Shown here piece after piece: positions 53,147 through 64,000 of a DNA stretch of 64,000 nucleotides. Below the pieces are notes generated by a model. The model saw only the letters and a program-made list of their open reading frames with translations, made no database searches and was not told the origin of the DNA. How positions within the stretch are numbered: position 1 is the first letter of the stretch; each line of letters starts with the position of its first letter. The DNA comes from Eledone cirrhosa (taxonomy: Eukaryota): contig OZ024747.1 in NCBI GenBank assembly GCA_964016885.1, positions 55,924,001-55,988,000 of the forward strand, given 5' to 3'. The translations under genes were made by a program, and so were the position numbers.

Positions 53147-53809
53147 ATATGACTGTTGAAACAAGTGGCTGAATAGTTTAGAAGTTTGGTTAACTATCGT
53201 TGGGTCCCAGGTTCAATTTCAGTATTTGTATTTTGTGAAAGTGCCATTTACTATAGTCTTTGGTTAACCTAAGCCTTGTGAGGGTAATTAGGTAAACGGA
53301 AGCTATATGGAAGCCCTCCAGGTGGTGTGTATCAATAGTCCAAAATGTCAGCTTTATCACTCACTGTGCTGTGTTAAATTGCTGGGAATTACATCAAAGT
53401 GTCTGTGGAATACTCAGCCATTGACATGCTACTCTACAGAGTAGGCCATTATCTTGATTGAACAATTGGTACAATCATTGCCAAAATTGATGGTAGTCTA
53501 TGTTTCATTCTTAATTTCTTTTATTGTTTAGTCATGGAGGGAAAGGCAGAGTTTATGATCCTTTTCATAACCTCTGAGAAAAAAAAAAGATATCCACAAA
53601 AAGAAAACCCAGTCCAAATGCTTGCAACTATATGGATTCTGTTAAAATCATGTAAGGGCCAGATGGTGATTTTCAACTGAGCAATGTGTTATTAAACTGG
53701 ATGAAAGTTTTTGTTAAACTAGATGAGCAGATGCTTACTTCAGGCATGAAAGTTTATAAATCAGTTGGAGAATACACAATAAGCACGAAATGTAATTTCA
53801 CATATGATT

Positions 53810-54022
53810 ATGTGCATGTGGTTAGAATGTCTCAGGAAACAATTGGCAAGACATCCAGAGGTAGATCCCGAGCATGATGGTTGGATAGCATCCATGAGCT
53901 TTGCTGGTCTCACTTGGGGATTCAGCCAGATCCTTTGGAGATGGTTGCTTCTGACAGGACCTGCTGGAAGGAGTGTTTGATGGCTCTGCCTCCACAACCA
54001 TCTCAGGAATAAGTGGAAGAAG
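53810..54022 (+). mobile_element. Rex3/Expander-like RTE 3' fragment
   Basis: Similar to 880-1140. Confidence 0.75.
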
Positions 54023-54269
54023 ATTTTTCTAACAAAATAACTATTAATGTTATTTTGGTTTTAGTTTCTCATATAATGTAACAAATTCATTAGTGTTAAT
54101 TATTTTTCTCTGAGTTCAAAAATGTAGAGCTGAATTTCGTCTTTCATCCAATCAGAGTTAAAAAATTGTTTTTGCCGCTCTTTAGGTTACATATTTTAAG
54201 GTGTGGGAAATTTCTCTGTTCCCTCCTTTTTTGTTTTCTATTTTTTTTGCTTTCCTACTCTGATTCCAA

Positions 54270-55100
54270 TTCCATCTCCAATGCACCTTTGTAAGATGAT
54301 GGCGAGGAGTTTACGTAGAGCTGAGAAAGAGGGTCCCAGATCATCTGATTCTCAGACTGAGGATGAAAGTGTCTTTTCTATCATTTCCTTTATGAGTGGT
54401 GTTATGAGAACAGCAGCTTCTGTGACATGTTGTTGCTGCTGTCTCTGCTGTTTTCTTCCAGTCTGTTTTACAAGTTTTCCTAGACATATATCCCTTTAAT
54501 GACCCTTGCTGACACCCATGTCTCAACTCAATGTTTGCTATGCAACACTAATATCATCGCTTTTCTTAACTCAGCCACAAGGTAAACTCTGTGACGGTTC
54601 TGTGGATGCTGAGAGCATTAAAACTTGCATGTCCATGCAGACCGCTCCAGACCACATGTCATTTATAGTCACATCAGTATTTTATACTTGCTTAAAACTG
54701 TATCACAATGGTTAACCAGGTATCAATGTTATTACCAATGTCATTCACCATAACCCTCATGCTGCATCATCCCATATATTTTGGCACTATCCTATGTGCA
54801 GCTATATGCTTACCTTGCTTACTTATTATGTCTTCAGTTTTGAAAATCAAATATACACTTCCATAAGTTCTATCTCGAGAGATGGAAGAGAAATCACACC
54901 ACACATTAGCAAGAGCTATTTTCAATTGTTGTTTCGAGAGCAAAGAAAAGCTCTGATGTTTTCAGAGATGCAAATATATGACTATCTTCCATACTTACAC
55001 ACATTTTCCTTGGTTAGATATCTCTATTTAATAGATCTCATCTCTGCTGACTCACTCTTAATCAAATTCTTTCTATTGATAGCAAGATTAACAAATGAAT
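54270..55100 (-). pseudogene. Possible decayed pogo-like DDE transposase
   Basis: Broken minus-strand frames IISKQGKH...VMVNDIGNNI and AAVLITPLIKEMIE recall the pogo IIAxKGxKQV...VNAxGNxIPP and C-terminal AxILTSTP motifs; many stops. Confidence 0.35.
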
Positions 55101-55954
55101 TACTGATAGTCCCATCTGCATTGCTAAAAAATAACCTTTCTTTTCATTAAAGTAAGGCTTGTTTAATCGTTTGACAAAACATATGTGAATGGTTTTGTTG
55201 TTGATGTTAGTGGTATTGAGGAAATTGTTCAAACGAATATTTTACCACATGAGATATCATTATCTATATAATGTAGAAATCATGAGTCCTACTGTGAAAT
55301 TAAATTTGGTCTTTAATATATTTTTGTTTCTTGTCTCTCTAATTATACTGGTCTTCCTGTTTTTTTTTTATTGTAGGGTTAATATATCTCTGAGGAAATA
55401 TGAATTCATGGCAACTGAGAATGGGGAGCTAAGAAGAAATAACCAGGTGAGTTCACTAAATATACTCTTCAATAAGTTTTAAGGGATTTTCTTGCATTTC
55501 TTATTGAAAAAGTCATATATAACATCATCGTATAACATCTATTTTTCCATGCTTGCATGGGTTAGACGGATTGTTCATGTTATGATACAAGCCTGGCCAG
55601 TTGAACATGCCATACTTGGCTCAAATGGAACTGTATTTTGGCTGGAAATTTTACAGGTGGATGCCATTCCTATCACTAATAACATTTACAGTGTACATAT
55701 ATAGATACATACATATATGTGTGTGTCTGTGTCAGTGTACCTTCTCTACTGATGAATTATGTAGATCCTTCCATGCCACTTTGGAAAACCATTGTGAAAT
55801 ATAAGTTTAGGAATGTAAATATTCTTGAATGCAGGAAAATAGCTGTGAACACAGCTTGGAAAACCAGGTAAAATCCTCCTTTAGATGGAAAAGGTGGCCA
55901 GCATCCTTTACAAAGAGTTGAACTCAGTATCTCTCATATATATATATACATATG

Positions 55955-56256
55955 AACGACCGAGCATGGATGTATTGAGAGAGAAATTGTGTTTAACATG
56001 GATAAGTTGTAGTGTGCGGGAGAGAAGGGTGCGATGGTATAGACATGTGATGCGCATGGAGGATGACCGCTGGGTAAAGAAGTGCCAAGAAATGCCAGTA
56101 GAGGAAGACCACAAAAAACATGGACGGAGATGGTGAGAGCAGACCTCAGATCGCTGATGCTCGCGGAGGAGATGACGAAGGACCGTGACAAGTGGAGAGA
56201 TGCTGTGCTGAATAGGACCCATCCTACCCTTGCAAGCAGGGAAAAGCAGACGTAAA

Positions 56257-56300
<44 letters not shown>
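55955..56300 (+). mobile_element. RTE LINE 3' fragment (same family as 14085-14445)
   Basis: RERRVRWYRHVMRMEDDRWVKKCQEMPVE; long (ATG)n tail. Confidence 0.9.
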
Positions 56301-56714
56301 ATATATATATATATATATATATATATGGTCCCATAACTCTTATGGGGTGCTGTACTGGAATATAGCATTTCTTGGGCATTTTAGGACTGTTGGACACCAT
56401 TCTTTTCCAGGTCTGGACATAACGGATTTCTTCCAGAATAGTGTAAGAGAGGGGAAATAAGAGAGAGATATAGGGGAATAATTAATCTCAGTACTTGACT
56501 GGCACTTTTTTTATCGACCTCAAAAGGATGAACTGCAAAGTCAACCTCAGCATGATTTGAAATCATGAAGCCATTATCCCATATTCTAATGACTCTGCCA
56601 ATTTGTTCCCTATAAATTAGTAAGATCCACAAGTGTAGATCCAGGCTGAGATTGAATCCAAAGCCAAAATCTCCACCATCTCTGATACCTACAGCTAGGC
56701 CAATATAAATTGAT

Positions 56715-57055
56715 ATTTCATTTCATTTCATTTTACGTCTGCTTTTTCCCTGCTTGCAAGGGTGGGACGGGAACTGATTTTGGCCTAATTTCTACACCTG
56801 GATGCCCTTCCTCACACCAACCTCATTTACAGTGAGTGCTGGGTGCTTTTTTTGCCGTGGCACCTGCACGACCACTTTGCAGTGGAATGATATGAACCCC
56901 AGTCCCTATCATCTCATTTCTACAGCTGAGTAAACTGCAGCAATGTGAAATAAAGTGTCTTGCTCAAGGAAACAACACATCACCCGGTGTGAGAATTGAA
57001 CTCACAACCTTTCGATTGCAAGGCCAATGCTCTAACCACTAAGCCATGTGCCTCC
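56715..57055 (-). mobile_element. SINE family A, full length
   Basis: Reverse complement of the consensus. Confidence 0.92.
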
Positions 57056-57059
57056 ATTT

Positions 57060-57089
<30 letters not shown>

Positions 57090-57090
<1 letters not shown>

Positions 57091-57238
57091 ATCCCGGGAT
57101 CAATCGGCGGTAACCACAGTAAGTACGGTATTCAATACATAGCAGAGTATAAATATTTAATATAGAAATGGCTTCTACAGGATTAGAATTGCTTCATTCG
57201 AAGGAAACAATTCTAGTCCCGTAGAAGACATATCTATA

Positions 57239-57245
<7 letters not shown>
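57090..57245 (-). mobile_element. Second copy of the 33092-33253 fold-back element
   Basis: Shared TATTTATACTCTGCTATGTATTGA tail and inverted CTAC.GGA.TAGAATTG arms. Confidence 0.75.
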
Positions 57246-57288
<43 letters not shown>

Positions 57289-57424
57289 ATTTTATATATA
57301 TTAATTTACAGTAATAAATGAAGAAAAATTGACTCACATGAGAGAAATAATATTTTTAAAACGTCTTTACAAAAGAAGTAAAAGTCATATTTCATTATTA
57401 TCAGCACCATCATTCTCATCATTC

Positions 57425-57550
57425 CTTGCCATTCTGAGTTTAAATCCCGCCGAGGTTTACTTTGCCTTTCATCCTTACGGGGTCGAAAAAATAAAGTACC
57501 AGTAATGCACTGGGTAATTGCTGGCCTTGTGCCAAATGTAGAAACAATTA
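57425..57550 (+). mobile_element. 5'-truncated SINE B
   Basis: Consensus match. Confidence 0.85.
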
Positions 57551-57736
57551 TATACTTGTTTTCCCTGCTAGCAATAGTTGGACAGGTGGTCATAGAATAA
57601 GTCAGTACTCAAGGTTTTTAAGTACATATATTCTACTTGAACTATACATGTTCGGGTTTTTGTCTATTCTACTGCCTTTTTTATGTTTGAAATGTTATTG
57701 TATGCATACAGACATATTTACGTACACATGCACAGT

Positions 57737-57795
<59 letters not shown>

Positions 57796-58093
57796 GTGCA
57801 CACAATAGGTTTGAACATTTTGGTACCTTCGAAAAATGTTCTCCTTCCATTCTGTACTGCACCCTTGATTTCCAGTTCTACATTGTCTGTCAAATCACAT
57901 CAAAACACCCTGTTATTATTTTTATTTTAAAGGAAATAAAATAAAATAAAATAGAAAATAACATTAAATAATAAATAAGGTAAAATATAATAATGCATAT
58001 GTCATTTATAACCTATAATACAAATAGTTATGGTTGTGTATATAGAAGCATGAACACAAACATTTAAATATAATATATGTATACACACATGTG

Positions 58094-58176
<83 letters not shown>

Positions 58177-59771
58177 AATATATATATATATGTATATATA
58201 TATATATGCATATATATATATACACATATATATATATATATGCATATATATATATATATGTGTATAAATGATGTGAAAAACTTCGATGGCCTTTTTTTTT
58301 AAGCATGCATGATTTCTTTGATGGCACTAAAACCTTTATGTCAGCTGTCTAGAATATTCCACCAGGAGAATTTGAATGTTTAGATTCCCTGGCAGTAGTA
58401 TTCCACAAAGAGTCTGGATTCTTAATGTTATTTTCATTATATATATATACATGTAAATACATATATACATACACTCAAATGTACATATATATATATATAA
58501 TGTTTATGTTCACACACATACATATATTCTATTTCCTTTTCAAAATATCCATGGTTTAGGCATTCTCAACAGAATGCCCCTAGTGTATGGAGGAGAAAAA
58601 TAACATTTGACTTCATAATTTAATGTAAACTGAAGTCATTATGTTTTTATTATATTGTTTCAGTTTATTATATTGTCAGTTATAAATATTCCTGTTGTAC
58701 TTATTGTTGTTATATTCTTGTTTCTTATCTCATATATTCTGGGTTTTTTGTATTTTCTTTAATATTCATTTTTTTATTGTATTATTTTGAAAATTTTGTA
58801 TTTTTTATATTTCTTAAATATTTTTTTTTTGTTCTTTGCCATTTATGATGATTCTTCCAGAAGGCATTGCATATTTTGTTGTTATACTTCAAGTTAAATT
58901 ATTAGGGGTTTTGTTTTTGCCTAATATTTTTATTTATTTATTTACATTTATTTTTTTCCTTTGTCTTTAAGAAGTTTTTCTTATTGTCCAATGTTTGAAG
59001 AATTTTGTAAGTTTTTGAGGTGGGAGAGGAAGAGAAATATAGGGGGAGAAATGAATTCCAATTGGGACATATATTTATATGATTTATGACTTGGAAATCT
59101 TGTAATTTTCAGATGTTTTATCTTTCTATATATCTTGCTATATATCTATCCGCGCCACCCTCTCTCTCTTGCTCAACCTCAGCCAGTCTCTCTCAATTTC
59201 TATATTTTTCTCTTTCCCTCCCTCTACATATATTTATATATACAATATATATATGTAAAAAATATATATATATATGTGTGTGTGTATGTGTGTCTAGCTG
59301 TCAGTCTCACTATTTATCTATCTATCTATCTCTCAACCTCTGTCTCTCTCTCTCAACTTTTATATTTCTCTTTTTCCCTCTCTCTACATATATTTATATA
59401 TACAATATATATATGTGTGTGTGTGTGTGTTTGTATGTGTAACTATCTAGCTGTCAGTCTAACTCTTTATCTATCTATCTACCTATCTTTGTATACACCT
59501 ATTTGATGCTTCAAACAAAAACAAAAACACAACAATAACAACAATAACTATCGGCTGATAAATTTGAAGGCATCAGGTTGATTCTAACATCATTTGACTC
59601 TCGTAGATCCTCCACTCCTTACCATTGTTTCAGGAAGAACATTCTAAAATGTCCATATTTTGTTTTATATATATTTATTTATTTTGTATTTATTTGGTTT
59701 GTTGTTGGATGGAAAAAATGTGATTGGATTTAAACACAAATAATGGTATTAATAACTACAAACTATAACAA

Positions 59772-59836
<65 letters not shown>

Positions 59837-59864
59837 GCGAGGGCCTATGCCTCCGTTAATTTAT

Positions 59865-59910
<46 letters not shown>

Positions 59911-60369
59911 AGAAATGAAGTTTTGTTTACATGTATTTAGGTTTTTATTGCGTATCGATCTATACTCACACACACATACACACCCACACATACACATCCT
60001 CATAAACACACACAAACACACACACGTATATATATATATATGTATACATGTGTGTGTCATCTTCATCATCACTATTCAGCAGCCATTTCCCATGCTAGCA
60101 TTGGTTAGATGAGTTGTCCCATTGTGAGATAAGTCACATCAAATGACTGTGTCTTGCTCAGACAGATATGTTTCTGGTTTGATCTCTATGGCTGGATGCT
60201 CTTCCTAATGCCAACTACATTGACAGTGTGAACGGGGTGCTTTTTGTCATGACACCAACATGACCACTTTACAGTATGGACTAAGTGATAAAAGTATTTA
60301 AAAAACAATAAAGGTGTATCAAGGTAAAAAATGTAAGCAAGCTTTAGTGTTACTATCTTTATTATGAAT

Positions 60370-60692
60370 ATGAAGGGTCAGTAAAATAAAGTACCAGTCA
60401 AATAATAGGGGTTTTATAATCGACTTTCCTCTTCCCCTAAATTACTGGACTTGTGCCAATATTAGAAAGAATTATTATATGTGATAAATAATCATTTCTA
60501 GTAAAGGTACAAAGACAGTAATTTGGAGGAAGGGGAAAGTCAGTATGTTACTGGCCCCTTACTTTATCGACCCTGTAAAGATGAAAGGTAAAGTTAACCT
60601 CGGCAGGATTTGAACTCAGACCATAAAGGACTGTAACTCTATGCTGCAAAGCATGGTGTCCGACTCTCTACCGATACTGCCAATCCACCACC
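60370..60692. mobile_element. Tail-to-tail SINE B copies; minus copy with TSD TGTGATAAATAAT
   Basis: Consensus match and flanking direct repeat. Confidence 0.75.
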
Positions 60693-60774
60693 CTGTGATA
60701 AATAATAATATCTTGTACTGTAATGACCCATTCACCTAGCACCCTTATGGAAAATATAAGGAATCATCATCAGT

Positions 60775-61050
60775 CTCATCATTCATCATTACCGTTTTAC
60801 GTCCGTTCTTCCACGCTAGCATGGGTTGACGGGTTGTCCTGTTGTGGGCAGTGTCCGGTCGGCTGATCTTGTCTTGCTCATACGGGAACTGATTCTGGCT
60901 TGATTTCTACAGCTGGATGCCCTTCCTAACACCAACCTCATTTACACTGAGAGCTGGGTGCTTTTTTGCCGTGGCACCTCCACGACCACTTTGCAGTGGG
61001 AGGGTGTGGGGGCATATTGTCTATATGCTTCAGCTTTGGCTTGTACCCGT
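60775..61050 (-). mobile_element. SINE-A 3' body (long-tail variant) joined to a non-tRNA 5' segment
   Basis: Matches 5220-5439 up to CCACTTTGCAGTGG, then sequence related to 34585-34630. Confidence 0.75.
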
Positions 61051-61434
61051 GGAGGGTTGGATATTTGATGATTATTCTTTAGATATTGTGATATAACTCT
61101 CTAGTAAACTTGTTGAGAAATTGGATGAGAGAGATGTGAATGGAGCTACATGAAAGGGCTTACTCTCAGCATGTGCCTGTTGAACACAGAACACAGTTGA
61201 AATTAAATGAGAGAGGAGAGAGAGAGGGAAGGTGCATTTATCCCATTGATCTGTAGGATTTTCCCATGCTAGGCACTAAAGGGCTTAAACCCTGGCCAAT
61301 TTATTGGGGATGTCTCATTTTTTTTTAGTACACAGTTGTTCTTTACATGCCTGATTGTATGTTATAGATACTGGAAAATCACAACTGTGTCTTGTAGTTT
61401 CTCATTGAAAATCCCTCCTCATCTGTTGTCCTTA

Positions 61435-61828
61435 GTATTGATAGAGGGTCGGACGCCATGCTTTGCATCATAGAGTTATGGCCCATTATGTTCTGAGTTA
61501 AAATCCCGCTGAGGATATCTTTGCCTTTCATCCATACGGGTTTGATAAAATAAAGTACCAGTAGTGCACTGGGGTAACTGCTGGCCTTGTGCCTAAAGTA
61601 GAAACATTATTTGGCAGTGGATCGGCAGTATCACTAGAGCATCAGACACCATGCTTTGCAGCATAGAGTTATGGACCTTTACATTATGAGTTTAAATTCA
61701 GGTTTGCTTTGCTTTTCAACCTTATGGGGTCAATAAAATAAAGTACCAGTCATGCACTGGTGTTGATTTAATTGACTTTACCTTCCCACCCCAAATCTGT
61801 TTCCCTATAGTAGAAACCATTATTATTT
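61435..61828 (+). mobile_element. Two tandem SINE B copies
   Basis: Consensus match. Confidence 0.8.
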
Positions 61829-62700
61829 TGTTATTGTTGTTGTTGAGGTTGTTGTTGTTGATGTTGTGGTGGTTGTTGTTGTTGATGTTGTGGTGGTTGT
61901 TGTTGTGGTTGTTGTTGTTGATATTGTTGTTGTTTTTGATGTTGAGGTTGTTGTTGAGGTTGTTGATGTTGTTGAGGTTGTGGTGGTCGTTGTTGTTGTT
62001 GATGTTGATGTTGTTGTTGTGGTTGTTGTTGATGTGGTGGTTGTTGTTGAGGTTGTTGTTGTTGTTTTGGTGTTGTTGTTGTTGTTTTGTTGTTGTTTTT
62101 GTTGTTGAGGTTGTTGTTGAGGTTGTTGATGTTGTGGTGGTCGTTGTTGTTGTTGATGTTGATGTTGTTGATGTTGTTGTGGTTGTTGTTGATGTGGTGG
62201 TTGTTGTTGAGGTTTTTGTTGTTGTTGTTTTTGGTGTTGTTGTTGTTTTTGTTGTTGAGATTGTTGTTGTTGATGTTGTGGTGGTTGTTGTGGTTGTGGT
62301 TGTTGGTGTTGTTGTTGAGGTTGTTGTTGTTATTGTTGTTGATGTTGTTATGGTTGTTGTTGATGTTGTTGAGATTGTTGTTGTTGATGTTGTGGTGGTT
62401 GTTGTTATTGTTGTTGTTATTGTTGTTGTTGTGGTTGTTGTTGTTGTTGTTGAGGTTGTTGTTGTTGATATTGTGGTTGTTATTGTTGTTGTTGATGTTG
62501 TTTTGGTTGTTGTTGATGTTGTTGAGGTTGTTGTTGTTGATAGTGTGGTGGTTGTTCATGTTGTTGTTGATGTTGTTTTGGTTGTTGTTGAGGTTGTTGT
62601 TGTTGTTGATGTTGTGGTTGTTGTTGTGGTTGTTGTTGTTGTTGATGTTAGTGTTGTTATTGTTGTCGTGGTGGTTTATGTTGTTTGTTGTATTGTTTGT
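61828..62700. repeat. Degenerate (GTT)n low-complexity tract
   Basis: Direct reading. Confidence 0.9.
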
Positions 62701-62809
62701 TAGCCATATTCCTCACATGACACATGATAATCAAGATTTAAACTCTAAGCTATTTTTGATGAAATATGCCAATTTATTTCTGAGACGTTATCCATTCCTA
62801 TCAGATTCA

Positions 62810-64000
62810 TAAATAAATACACATACATACACACATACATAAATATACTGATACATACATAAATAGATGCATACATATACATACATACATATACATATAT
62901 ACATACATATACACACATACATACATAAATATATGGATACATACATAAATAGATGCATACATATACATACATATATACATACATATGCACACATGTATAC
63001 ATACATATACATACATATATACATTTATACATACATACATACACATACATACATACATATACATATATACATACATACACACACATGTATACATACATAT
63101 ACATACATATATACATTTAAACATACATACACACACATACATACATAAATATACTGATACATACATAAATAGATGCATACATATACATACATACATATAT
63201 ACATACATATACACACATGTATACATACATATACATACATATATACATTGATGCATACATATATACATTTATACATACATACACATACATATGCATACAT
63301 ATATATATATTTACATACATACATATACACACATGTATACATATATATACATACATATATACATTTATACATACATACATACACATACATACATATACAT
63401 ACATACATATACATATATACATACATATACACACATGTATACATAAATATACATACATATATACATATATATACACACATGTATACATACATATACATAC
63501 ATATATACATTTATACATTTATACATACACATACGTACATAAATATACTGATACATACATAAATAGATGCATACATATACATACATACATATACATATAT
63601 ACATACATATACACACATGTATACATACATATACATACATATATACATTTATGCATACATATATACATTTATACATACATACATACACATACATATGCAT
63701 ACATATATATATATTTACATACATACATATACACACATGTATACATATATATACATACATATATACATTTATACATACATACATACACATACATACATAT
63801 ACATACATACATATACATATATACATACATATACACACATGTATACATAAATATACATACATATATACATATATATACACACATGTATACATACATATAC
63901 ATACATATATACATTTATACATACATACATACACATACATACATAAATATACTGATACATACATAAATAGATGCATACATATACATACATACATATACAT
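62810..64000. repeat. (TACA)n-derived higher-order repeat
   Basis: AAATATACTGATACATACATAAATAGATGC recurs at ~62840, 63147, 63541, 63945. Confidence 0.85.

Noticed and set aside
61831-62812. Poly-N/Q and poly-V/L ORFs
   Set aside because: Degenerate (GTT)n tract without splice or domain support.

Overview
Very AT-rich, microsatellite-saturated metazoan DNA, intergenic or inside a large intron. The SINE families resemble those I recall from octopod cephalopods (inference). I can support no host protein-coding exon: nearly all long ORFs in the track are translations of (TA)n/(CA)n/(TACA)n/(GTT)n repeats or of the antisense strand of a SINE. The window contains: two abundant tRNA-derived SINE families; many 5'-truncated LINE fragments (RTE, Rex3/Expander-like, RTE-like with a 5' inversion, CRE-like, R4/NeSL-like RLE); a non-autonomous Helitron; two Tc1/mariner MITEs; a probable decayed pogo transposase; and several minisatellites. 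The most notable signal is a set of unrelated short elements lodged in (TA)n tracts. They carry minimal type I hammerhead ribozyme motifs (best examples 9258-9299 minus, 18434-18472 plus, 35594-35648 plus) and often form fold-back inversions. This architecture is typical of Penelope-like element termini. All coordinates were read by eye; decayed-repeat boundaries are approximate (+/-10-20 bp).
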